Below, one piece after another: positions 34,681 through 43,445 of a stretch of 43,610 nucleotides of DNA. Below the pieces are notes generated by a model. The model was not told the DNA's origin. It was given only the letters and a program-made list of their open reading frames with translations, and made no database searches. Where the stretch lies: contig JBGQJX010000001.1 in the NCBI GenBank assembly GCA_041499255.1, positions 1 through 43,610 on the forward strand, read 5' to 3'. The translations under genes and the position numbers were made by a program. The DNA is from Ktedonobacteraceae bacterium (GTDB lineage: Bacteria > Chloroflexota > Ktedonobacteria > Ktedonobacterales > Ktedonobacteraceae). How positions within the stretch are numbered: position 1 is the stretch's first letter; every line of letters starts with the position of its first letter.

Positions 34681-35652
34681 ATGCCAGGAGAAGATCCACG
34701 GTCTGATGTGCCAGAGATGGCGACCCTACTCGAATTCAGGAAGAAGCACAACCAACGCACCGTCCTCTTCTTAGGTGCCAGGGCAGGAGGGCTCTTCCGC
34801 AGCGCGCAGTTTTACGAAACAATACGTCAATTCAGTAAGCGAGACTTTGCGGAACTCACTCAATTCGAGCAATTTAGCGAATGCTACAATGTGTTGCAAG
34901 AAGAACGGTTTAGTGAGCGCGATCGCTTCAGCATTTTATCAGGTTCCCTGCGAGAAATCGCCACAATCGATGCGGACGTGTGCCTGGCAGAGCTCGTTAA
35001 GGAAGGAGTATTCGACGTGGTGATCTCAACCAACATTGATGATCTTGCGGAGCAGGCGTTCACTCAAGTTGGGATGCGCGATTTAGAGCACTTCCAGGTC
35101 ATAGTCCCCAGACGTGGCACCGACCTTGGCATCATTCACTCTCAAAAGAAAGATTCTAGCTGGCTAATCAAAACTTTTGGAGATTTACCTTCCCGTTCTT
35201 ATAAAATTGTTAAGCGCCATACTCATCTGGTAGATGAAGAGTATCCCGAGTTGAAAAAGTTCCTGGAAGAAATCTTGTCGGAAGATATTCTCGTGATCGG
35301 ATTGGATCCCTTCTGGGATGCAGGGATATTGTCGGCTTTCCCCACTCGCGGGGGATCCTACTGGTTTGTGAACGAGCAAGAAGAGACGATTGATCCTTTG
35401 CTGACACGTACCTGGCAAGGAAGACATATCAAATATATTACAGGAAGTGCCGGCAGTTACGAGAACTTCTTGAGGGCGTTATACTGGCATCTCAGCAAGG
35501 GAAGAGTGCCGGGAAGCTACCAGTTAATACGCGATATAAACATTCAACTTCAAACGATACGCCACGAGCTGAACCAACTTCAAAAAATACGTGACGACAT
35601 TTCGCGTCTACGAAAAGATATCCTGCCGTCAAACCTCACTGAGGGGAAGTGA
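34681..35652 (+). CDS. SIR2_2-like (DHS-like NAD-binding fold) protein with C-terminal coiled coil
   Basis: The order of motifs VLFLGARAGG ... VVISTNIDDLAEQAF ... LIKTFGDL ... ILVIGLDPFWDAGIL mirrors SIR2_2 (lfLGAG, TTNYD.l.E, KlHG, flGYS..D). The sirtuin-type His position is Phe. The C-terminal 45 aa have a heptad-like pattern. Confidence 0.7.
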   Translation: MPGEDPRSDVPEMATLLEFRKKHNQRTVLFLGARAGGLFRSAQFYETIRQFSKRDFAELTQFEQFSECYNVLQEERFSERDRFSILSGSLREIATIDADVCLAELVKEGVFDVVISTNIDDLAEQAFTQVGMRDLEHFQVIVPRRGTDLGIIHSQKKDSSWLIKTFGDLPSRSYKIVKRHTHLVDEEYPELKKFLEEILSEDILVIGLDPFWDAGILSAFPTRGGSYWFVNEQEETIDPLLTRTWQGRHIKYITGSAGSYENFLRALYWHLSKGRVPGSYQLIRDINIQLQTIRHELNQLQKIRDDISRLRKDILPSNLTEGK

Positions 35653-35685
35653 TTCGATAAATTTATTGCAGTGGAGAGAGCTATT

Positions 35686-37263
35686 ATGGAGAGCTTTGTC
35701 AATCGGGAGACGGAACTACAGATTATCGATAAGGCATTTGATGCCCTCATTGATAAAAAGAGTCTTTTACGTACCCCTATTGTGGATTTTTATGGCGTTG
35801 AAGGCATAGGCAAGACCGCCATTCTGAAGAAAATAGAACAGAAATGCAACGATCTCAATATACCTAACATCTGGGCCAACGCCAGCCTGGATATCCCCCA
35901 GCTTTCGCGCGAGATCACTCAGCAGTTGCAAACAAAATATCGCGTGGAGCTGCAAAATGATGAAGAGGATTGGTCTCACCGACCCCTCAGTGCCACCAGA
36001 GCTTTGCTCGAACGTGGGCCAGTTGTGATGCTATTGGATTCTGTAGACACTACCGACGTCGAGCAGGTCAGGTGGCTTGAAACGATGCTGCGTGACCTGA
36101 TTGAAGATAATACGCTTTTCGTGGTACTCACAAGTAAGAGAATGTTAGCATTTGAGCGCGAGCGGTCCGTAGCTCGTAAGCTTACCTTTGTTCCTGTCAA
36201 ACCATTCGATCGCAGCAATAGCGAACTCTATTTGAATAGCATTAGTGATCGCATCGATCCAGAGTTGCGCAAGGTGATTTTCGAATGGACGCGCGGCTAC
36301 CCCCTGGCGATTGATGTCATGGTGCAAGCTATTCTTAACGAGAGACTTGATCCGAGAAGGCCGCAAGATCGGCAGCATTTGTTAAACATTATTATGGGGC
36401 AGGTGATTGATCGGGGTATCCTCGCAAACGTGGAACCTGTCGAACTCGGCTGGTACCAATCCGCATTAACACTCCTTTCTGTCCCCAGGCGTTTCAACCT
36501 GGTGATCATGCAGGATATGATCGAAAATTTTGCTCCAGAACTGAGGCTGGAAAGCAGCCTGGCATACATGGGCTTGCCAAAGAGAATTAATGCAGCAACC
36601 GATGTACTCAGTTGGAACATGCCTCGCGCGGGCTTCTCCGTTGATGCGCCTATTCGCCACATTTTTTTGCTGAAGCAGCGCATACAACAACCCGAGACGT
36701 ATGCAACTATCAATCGTTTCCTGGCAGAGATCAATAAGCGTTTCGCGAAAGAAGTACCCGGTTCTGATCGTGTGCGCTATTTGCGAGAGTACCTCTATCA
36801 TAGCGCCAGTGCTGGCGATGACCAGGCGCTCCCCTCTATCGTGGAACGGACGGTGCGGGAGATCATTGCCGGACCTCCCGAATCGTTCTTACAATTTTTT
36901 GAGGAGTTCTCGCGGGACGAAGAACTCAAAGAAGTGTTGGGTAGTTCTGTCAACATCGCCTTGTCGCTTATCCATAGACACCTGGCTGAGACTAGCAGGC
37001 AGTCCGCCAAAGAATCATCTGGAGCGGACCATTTACGTGCGCTGCAGGATATTTTTTACCACCTCATGAACGATCCAGAAAACATTGGCCTGCCATCAAT
37101 TCTGATACATTACCTGGAGGAAGTCATACAAAATGAGCTTCCAGAGACCTCTTTCAAACTCTTTGAAGAGCTTTCGCGCGATGAAAGATTCAAAAAAGCG
37201 TTGGGGCAAGATTTCGATAGGTTCTCTCTCATCATCCATAATAATTTATCCACAGAAAGATAA
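35686..37263 (+). CDS. STAND-class P-loop NTPase (NB-ARC/AAA_16-like) with two C-terminal ~67-aa repeats
   Basis: FVNRETEL lead-in, Walker A GVEGIGKTA, Walker B VVMLLDSVD, GxP motif TRGYPLAI. The ATG at 35686 has a GGAGAGAG RBS; an alternative GTG is at 35671. Confidence 0.8.
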   Translation: MESFVNRETELQIIDKAFDALIDKKSLLRTPIVDFYGVEGIGKTAILKKIEQKCNDLNIPNIWANASLDIPQLSREITQQLQTKYRVELQNDEEDWSHRPLSATRALLERGPVVMLLDSVDTTDVEQVRWLETMLRDLIEDNTLFVVLTSKRMLAFERERSVARKLTFVPVKPFDRSNSELYLNSISDRIDPELRKVIFEWTRGYPLAIDVMVQAILNERLDPRRPQDRQHLLNIIMGQVIDRGILANVEPVELGWYQSALTLLSVPRRFNLVIMQDMIENFAPELRLESSLAYMGLPKRINAATDVLSWNMPRAGFSVDAPIRHIFLLKQRIQQPETYATINRFLAEINKRFAKEVPGSDRVRYLREYLYHSASAGDDQALPSIVERTVREIIAGPPESFLQFFEEFSRDEELKEVLGSSVNIALSLIHRHLAETSRQSAKESSGADHLRALQDIFYHLMNDPENIGLPSILIHYLEEVIQNELPETSFKLFEELSRDERFKKALGQDFDRFSLIIHNNLSTER

Positions 37264-37269
37264 ACACCT

Positions 37270-39951
37270 ATGCCGACACAAGTACAAGATGTCCCAGATA
37301 ACTTTATCGGGCGTATAACAGAAATAGATATTTTTACCAACTGGTTGTCGGACCCCAACGCCCCGTGGATCCTGTATTTACATGATGAGTCCAAAGAAAG
37401 GGCAAAAAAGGGAGGAGTCGGCAAAACCTGGTTACTCAGAAAGTTTGCTACACTGGCGAAGCAGCAACCGAAGAACTTCGCAATTGTGATGGTTGACTTC
37501 TTTAACGTGGCTGACCGGGACGGCGTTATCGTGGCTGAACGTGTTGTCCAGGGATTACAAGAAATCTACCCGCAGTGGTCAGCCCGCTCGTTCAGGGCGT
37601 CGCTTGAGGAGTATGGCGATGCCATCAATGCAGGCAATATTGATGTAGCGGATATCCGGGAACAATTGTCGCTTGCCTTGATTGCCGACCTGGAGCAGTT
37701 GCATGAGCAACTGCTTGAAACCGATAGCCATCTGCTGGTGTTTTTCGACACGTTTGAACTGATCGAGCAGAATCCGGTCAGTGCTGTCCTGCGCGTCTCA
37801 CATACATTTCCAGACAACTATCGTTTCCCACGCATTAGGGCAGTTATAGCAGGGCGCAACGCTCTTGATTGGGATCACCCAAACTGGCGAGGACGAAAGC
37901 AAGAGGTTCAGCGTGTTGCCATCGAGCCGTTCAACCAGCAAGAGCTGGCACAATATATCAATGCACAATCCATCGAAACATTGGATGCCTCATCAGAGCA
38001 GGCTGCGGCATTATATGAACGAACCGAGGGCCGTCCCATCCTGGTTGGATTGGTGACGGATGTCGTAAACCGCCGGATTACGACTATCGATAACCTTATC
38101 ACTATTCCCAAAGCTGATTTCGAGTCCCATCTTATTTCCAAAGTGAATGACCTGGACGACCCAATCAATTGGAGTATCCTGTTCATGGCCCATGCCTATC
38201 ACCGCTTTAATTTAAATCTCTTGAATTCTATATTGAGCTACTCGTCTCTGGTAAAATCGGCACAGGAGATAAAACACCAGGAGTGGTCAGAGGAGTTGCC
38301 AACGCTCTCATTTGTGCGGCAGGCTGGTTCTGGCGACGATTTTGTCCTCCACGATGAAATGCGCAACCTGGTAACGCGGAACTGGTGGGATGTGCAGGAT
38401 ATCGACCGGCGCTACCGCTGCGATGTCAGTCGCGGCACTGTCAGCTATTACGAGCAGGAAATTGCCAGTGTGCAGAACGAACAGTTGCGCCAGGTGTACG
38501 TAGTCGAGATGTTATATCACAAGTTGTTCCTGGACGTGGAAGATGGGTTGAAATTCTTTGATCGACATTTTAACCGGGCCATCAACCTGTGGCTGACGGC
38601 ATATGCGCGATCGCTGCTGCAAGAGACGCATCATTATTTGCGTTATATGTCTCAAGCACAACTCTACAATCTGACGCTGTCCGAGGCGAAACTTTTGCGC
38701 AAGGAAGAAAAGCCGAAAGAGGCGTTTGCCCTCTATCAGCAACTAGAGCAGGAAGCAAAGCCGCATTGGTTAGAAATCCATCGTGCCGACCTCCTCCACG
38801 AGAAGGGCCATTGTTATCTTCAGATGAGCAATTTCGCCGGTGCGATTGATTGTTTCACACAAAGCCTGGAAATTGAAGCGACGCGTGGTGATGAGACGCG
38901 TCGTGCTGAAGTTCTCTACTTACTGGGCTATATCTATCGTCGCGAGGGACAATTAGACAAGGCGGCACAATATTACGAAGATAGTATTGCCATCCACAAA
39001 AAATTAGGCAACTTGCGCTCCTATGCTAACGTGCTCAATAGCATTGCTTACCTGTACAGGCTGCAAGGAAAAATGGAGGAAGCCCTGCGCAATTGCAAGA
39101 TTGCTTTAAGCATTCGCCAGGATTTGTTCCAGCAGGGTAAAACGAGCGAGGTCTCTGTCGGCTTAAGTCTCAGCACTATGGGTGTCATCTACCTGAATAC
39201 AGATGATCTTGTAAGCGCCGAAAACGCATTTCGCGAAGCCCTCGAGATTTTCGCCCGCGCGGGTCATAAAAAAGGCATCGCATCAATGTATATCCGTTTC
39301 GGACAGGTAGAGATGAATCGAGGCAATTTGAGCCAGGCCATACAATGGTTTGAAAAGGGCTATTATGCTTCGCGGGCGATTGATATGGAAGCACAGATTA
39401 ACAGCCTGAACAAGCAGGGCTGGGTCCATGTGCTGCAAAGCGTTCTGGAAGAATCCACGGAGGCGCGGCAAAGCAAGTTGATAGAGTCGATACCATTCTT
39501 CGAGCAGGCGATAGAACTGGCCAGGGAGGTGTTTGACTACTACCAGGAAGCAGAATCGTTAATCGACCTTGCCGACGTGCTCGAACGCCTTAACCGCCAT
39601 GGGCCATCACAGCAATCGTTGAAAGAGGCTGAAGACATCGCGAAACGCTATAACTACAACCTGTTGCTGGGCATCGCAGAAGAGTTCCAGGGTGATCTTC
39701 GATACCATGCAGGCGACTATAGCCGCGCATTTGAGCATTTTGCAGCCTCTTGCCGGTACATGGCTCTTTACAATCCTATCCGGTACAACAAGGCCTTGCG
39801 TAAACTGCTTGATACACTGCTTAAAACGCCCAGGAGTGAACTCCCTGCTATCACAACCGCGCTTGTTGAGTACTGGTCAGAGCAAGGATTGGCAGAGAAA
39901 TTCCCTGAGTTGATAAAGACATGCGAGGAGGTTAGTGGCCTTATGGTCTAG
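37270..39951 (+). CDS. NB-ARC-like STAND NTPase fused to TPR repeats
   Basis: FIGRITEI lead-in, Walker A KGGVGKTWL, Walker B LLVFFDTFE, GxP-like TEGRPILVGL. The C-terminal ~400 aa carry TPR_12-like repeats (e.g. LLGYIYRREGQLDKAAQYYEDSIAIHKKLGN). Confidence 0.85.
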   Translation: MPTQVQDVPDNFIGRITEIDIFTNWLSDPNAPWILYLHDESKERAKKGGVGKTWLLRKFATLAKQQPKNFAIVMVDFFNVADRDGVIVAERVVQGLQEIYPQWSARSFRASLEEYGDAINAGNIDVADIREQLSLALIADLEQLHEQLLETDSHLLVFFDTFELIEQNPVSAVLRVSHTFPDNYRFPRIRAVIAGRNALDWDHPNWRGRKQEVQRVAIEPFNQQELAQYINAQSIETLDASSEQAAALYERTEGRPILVGLVTDVVNRRITTIDNLITIPKADFESHLISKVNDLDDPINWSILFMAHAYHRFNLNLLNSILSYSSLVKSAQEIKHQEWSEELPTLSFVRQAGSGDDFVLHDEMRNLVTRNWWDVQDIDRRYRCDVSRGTVSYYEQEIASVQNEQLRQVYVVEMLYHKLFLDVEDGLKFFDRHFNRAINLWLTAYARSLLQETHHYLRYMSQAQLYNLTLSEAKLLRKEEKPKEAFALYQQLEQEAKPHWLEIHRADLLHEKGHCYLQMSNFAGAIDCFTQSLEIEATRGDETRRAEVLYLLGYIYRREGQLDKAAQYYEDSIAIHKKLGNLRSYANVLNSIAYLYRLQGKMEEALRNCKIALSIRQDLFQQGKTSEVSVGLSLSTMGVIYLNTDDLVSAENAFREALEIFARAGHKKGIASMYIRFGQVEMNRGNLSQAIQWFEKGYYASRAIDMEAQINSLNKQGWVHVLQSVLEESTEARQSKLIESIPFFEQAIELAREVFDYYQEAESLIDLADVLERLNRHGPSQQSLKEAEDIAKRYNYNLLLGIAEEFQGDLRYHAGDYSRAFEHFAASCRYMALYNPIRYNKALRKLLDTLLKTPRSELPAITTALVEYWSEQGLAEKFPELIKTCEEVSGLMV

Positions 39952-40002
39952 TAAACATCTACGCCATCTTATAAGTGCCTACAATGAGCGTACAACACAG
40001 AT

Positions 40003-40041
40003 CTCTAGAAGTGAAACGCAGCCTGTACCTCACTTCTAGAG
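40003..40041 (+). promoter_or_regulatory. 12-bp perfect hairpin in the 207-nt gap before the rSAM gene
   Basis: ctctagaagtga / tcacttctagag with a 15-nt loop and no U-tract. Possible attenuator or processing site. Confidence 0.3.
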
Positions 40042-40081
40042 GCTGAGGAACGATTTATCATATGGTGGTACCAGGCTTAAT

Positions 40082-40165
40082 ATGCAGTTCTTCGTACCTG
40101 AGAAAATGTCGTGCGGTGAAAGTATTGTGTTCAAAGTAGAGCAGCGTTTATTGGCAGGATGTTAA
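40082..40165 (+). CDS. 27-codon ORF, speculative RiPP-type precursor peptide
   Basis: MQFFVPEKMSCGESIVFKVEQRLLAGC. Its stop lies 2 nt before the ATG at 40168 of the rSAM/SPASM gene and overlaps the alternative start at 40159. RBS is weak and there is no homology evidence. Confidence 0.2.
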   Translation: MQFFVPEKMSCGESIVFKVEQRLLAGC

Positions 40166-41700
40166 TAATGGATATCTGGCTTGACTCGACCCCAACCCAT
40201 TGGTTCACTCGCTCTGAATGTGATGAATGTAGTGAATGTTTTAATAACAATAACAGTCCCTCATCCTCACTCAAGTTCTCTCCGACTGCGGTAGACTTTC
40301 AGCACATTCGCACCGGCTATTTACAGCAAGCAACGCTACTCCATATGCAAGAATGCTCAGCCGGGCGCTGGCTTGTCTGCAACCCCACTGGATCAGGGCA
40401 GCTTGCTGTTGTAGACCAGCAAACCCTTTTTCTTCTTGAACAGTTTCGCACTCCTACCTCTCTCTCTGACGTACAGCATGTGCTAACGACGTACCCGCCA
40501 GAGGATATTGAAAAGGCTGTTGCATTATTCTACAATATGGGCTTTCTGCGCGAACTGGGCGAGCGCAATCCAATCAATAAAGAGCCGCAGTTTCACACGC
40601 TCTCAGCCTGGTTACATGTTACCAATGCCTGCAATTTGCGCTGCGATTATTGTTATTTACACAAGACTTCCGAGCATATGACCAGCGATACAGCACAACG
40701 CGCAGTCGATGCCGTCTTCAGGTCAGCCACAAAGCAAGGATTCAAGCAAGTACTGCTCAAATATTCTGGAGGAGAGGCCAGTTTACATATGGCCAATGTT
40801 GTGGCGATCCATGACTACGCCGCCCAATTGGCACAAAAGCACGCCATCACCTTGCACGCTTCTATCTTCAGCAACGGCGTCTCCCTGTCACAGCGTGCTA
40901 TCGCTCACCTCAAAGAGCGTAATATCGGCATAATGATCTCTTTAGATGGTATTGGGGCGTACCATGATTGCCAGCGCCCATTCATCAATGGACAAGGTTC
41001 TTTTAAATATGTGGATCGCACGATCAACTCACTACTAATGCATGATTTCGCCCCGCATATATCCGTGACTGTCTCCCAGCGTAATCTGCCAGGTTTGCCT
41101 GACCTCCTCACCTATATTTTGGATCGCGAGTTGACATTTTCTCTTAATTATTATCGGGAAAATGATTGTTCGGCGCACATAACCGATCTGCAATTTACGG
41201 ATCAGCAGACGATTGCGGCCATGCGCTCGGCCTTCGCTATTATCGAACGCCAGCTTCCCAGGTGGTCATTGCTTGGGTCTCTTATTGACAAGGCCAGTTT
41301 GCTAACACCACATCACCACACGTGTGGGGTGGGTCAGAGTTACCTTGTGATCGATCAGTATGGCGGCGTCGCCAAGTGCCACGCCGATATCAAGCGCACA
41401 GTCACCACCATCGATGCGGATGATCCATTACAGGTCATTAAGGATGATACTGCTGGCGTACAAGGACTATCTGTAGATGAAAAAGAGGGCTGTCGCACCT
41501 GCGATTGGCGCTACTGGTGTACCGGAGGATGTCCACTGCTAACCTACCGGATCACGGGAAGAAGTGATGTCAAATCTCCCAATTGCAATATTTATAAAGC
41601 ACTCTTCCCTGAAGCGCTCCGTCTTGAAGCCATGCGCTTGTTAAAATACACTCCACCCGTTGCTCTTATGAAGGTAAGATCGACGGGTGTTCAAGTTTAA
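40159..41700 (+). CDS. radical SAM/SPASM-domain enzyme with N-terminal RRE/PqqD-like extension
   Basis: Radical SAM cluster CNLRCDYC, SPASM CRTCDWRYWCTGGC (Cx2Cx5Cx3C), plus HHTCGVGQ and PNCNIYK. The ~130-aa N-terminal extension contains LAVVDQQTLFLLEQFRTPTSLSDV...AVALFYNMGFL. An alternative start is at 40168. Confidence 0.85.
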   Translation: MLIMDIWLDSTPTHWFTRSECDECSECFNNNNSPSSSLKFSPTAVDFQHIRTGYLQQATLLHMQECSAGRWLVCNPTGSGQLAVVDQQTLFLLEQFRTPTSLSDVQHVLTTYPPEDIEKAVALFYNMGFLRELGERNPINKEPQFHTLSAWLHVTNACNLRCDYCYLHKTSEHMTSDTAQRAVDAVFRSATKQGFKQVLLKYSGGEASLHMANVVAIHDYAAQLAQKHAITLHASIFSNGVSLSQRAIAHLKERNIGIMISLDGIGAYHDCQRPFINGQGSFKYVDRTINSLLMHDFAPHISVTVSQRNLPGLPDLLTYILDRELTFSLNYYRENDCSAHITDLQFTDQQTIAAMRSAFAIIERQLPRWSLLGSLIDKASLLTPHHHTCGVGQSYLVIDQYGGVAKCHADIKRTVTTIDADDPLQVIKDDTAGVQGLSVDEKEGCRTCDWRYWCTGGCPLLTYRITGRSDVKSPNCNIYKALFPEALRLEAMRLLKYTPPVALMKVRSTGVQV

Positions 41701-41726
41701 GAAATGTATTGAGGGGTCATATATAG

Positions 41727-43442
41727 ATGGCAAGAGAAGCTTCACGTTCTGATGTGCCAGAGATGGCGACCCTACTCGAATTCAGGAAGAAGCACAACCA
41801 ACGCACCGTCCTCTTCCTGGGCGCCAGGGCAGGGGGCCTCTTCCGCAGCCAGCAGTTTTACGATACATTACGGCGGTTCAGTAAGCAGAATTTTGCTGAA
41901 CTGTCTCGATTCGAGCAGTTTGGCGAGTGCTACCAGGTACTGCAAGAAGAACGACTCAGTGAGCGCGATCGCTTCAGCATTTTATCAAGTTCCCTACGAG
42001 GTGTTGGCACCATTGAAGCGGATGTTTGCCTGGCAAAGCTCGTCAAGGATGGCGACTTCGACGTGGTGATCTCTACCAACATAGATGACCTGGCGGAGCA
42101 GGCGTTTACTCAAGTGGGGATGCGTGAATTAGAAGGCTTTCAGGTACTTATTCCCAGGCGTGGTACCGACCTGAGCATTATTCACTCCCAGAAGAACGTT
42201 GCTTGCTGGCTTGTCAAGACCTTCGGAGATTTACCCTCCCACTCCTATAATATCGTCAAACGTCATACTCACCTGGTGGATGATGAGTATCCCCAGTTGA
42301 GAAAGTTCCTGGAAGATACTCTGGCAGGAGATATTCTCGTCATAGGGCTGGACCCTGTCTGGGATGCAGGGATACTGGCGGCTTTTCCCAACAGGGGAGG
42401 GTCCTACTGGTTTGTGAACGAGCAAGAACTGGCAGATCATCCTCTCGTGGTACATACCTGGTGGGGAAGAAATGTCAAATACATTGCTGGCGCCGAAGGT
42501 AGCTATGAGAGTTTCTTGAGAGCGTTATATGGGCATCTCTCCAAGGAGAGTGTGCCAGTAAGTCACGAGGTTATGCACGATAACGATCAAGGGCAAACAA
42601 CACGCCACAATCAGCCCGTCTCACAGCAAGGTGAACCAGGGAAAGACATAACTGGTTTATCCGCCCATAAAGGCTCTATTGCTGACGTGCTGTTGGTTAC
42701 AGTCACGGAAGTTGAGGCAAGAGCGGTACTTGACCAGTTTCCCGAGGCCAGATTGCGCTTCATCGGTGATCGAGTCTATTATGACCTGGGAGTGATCGGC
42801 GGAGCAAAAACCTTTATGGTGCAATCCTGGATGGGGGCCGGTGGGTCTGGCGGCGCTCTCCTTACTGTCGCGGAAGGCATACAAGCTGTCTTGCCAACCG
42901 CCGTGGTCATGGTTGGCATCGCTTTTGGCTTTCACCCAAAGAAGCTGCGTATAGGCGACATTCTGATCTCACAACAGCTCCTGGGGTATGACCTGCAGCG
43001 AGTTGGGACTGGTTCTGATGACAAACTGCTTATCCATCCACGAGGAGACCGAGTCTCAGCTTCGGTCCGCCTGTTAGACAGGTTTAAAGCTGGCAAGCTT
43101 ACCAGTAATCTCCAGGATTGGCCAAAGTCACCCAGGATAGAATTTGGCCTTGTTCTCTCCGGGTCAAAGCTGGTTGACAATCAAGACTTTCGTGACCAGC
43201 TACATGCTATCTCTCCGGAAGCCATCGGTGGGGAGATGGAGGGCGCAGGCCTGTACGATGCGGCACAGCGCTATAAAGTTGACTGGATCCTGGTCAAGGC
43301 GATCTGTGACTGGGCAGACGGCAAAAAGCATATGAAGAAGGAAGAACGCCAGAGACTGGCCGCCGAGAATGCCGCCCGTTTCACCATCCAGGTCATTCAA
43401 CAGGGTGGATTCGCTGACCAGCGGCGGCAGGAGAAGTCATAG
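41727..43442 (+). CDS. SIR2_2-like module fused to PNP_UDP_1 (nucleoside phosphorylase/nucleosidase) domain
   Basis: The N-terminal ~280 aa are paralogous to 34681-35652 (same motifs, LVKTFGDL). The C-terminal ~250 aa contain VMVGIAFG and IGGEMEGAGLY, typical of PNP_UDP_1. Confidence 0.8.
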   Translation: MAREASRSDVPEMATLLEFRKKHNQRTVLFLGARAGGLFRSQQFYDTLRRFSKQNFAELSRFEQFGECYQVLQEERLSERDRFSILSSSLRGVGTIEADVCLAKLVKDGDFDVVISTNIDDLAEQAFTQVGMRELEGFQVLIPRRGTDLSIIHSQKNVACWLVKTFGDLPSHSYNIVKRHTHLVDDEYPQLRKFLEDTLAGDILVIGLDPVWDAGILAAFPNRGGSYWFVNEQELADHPLVVHTWWGRNVKYIAGAEGSYESFLRALYGHLSKESVPVSHEVMHDNDQGQTTRHNQPVSQQGEPGKDITGLSAHKGSIADVLLVTVTEVEARAVLDQFPEARLRFIGDRVYYDLGVIGGAKTFMVQSWMGAGGSGGALLTVAEGIQAVLPTAVVMVGIAFGFHPKKLRIGDILISQQLLGYDLQRVGTGSDDKLLIHPRGDRVSASVRLLDRFKAGKLTSNLQDWPKSPRIEFGLVLSGSKLVDNQDFRDQLHAISPEAIGGEMEGAGLYDAAQRYKVDWILVKAICDWADGKKHMKKEERQRLAAENAARFTIQVIQQGGFADQRRQEKS

Positions 43443-43445
43443 AGC

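Noticed and set aside
39983-40039. 18-codon ORF (MSVQHRSLEVKRSLYLTSRG) as an alternative precursor peptide
   Set aside because: It is entirely composed of the 12-bp hairpin arms, so it is more likely an RNA structure than coding sequence.
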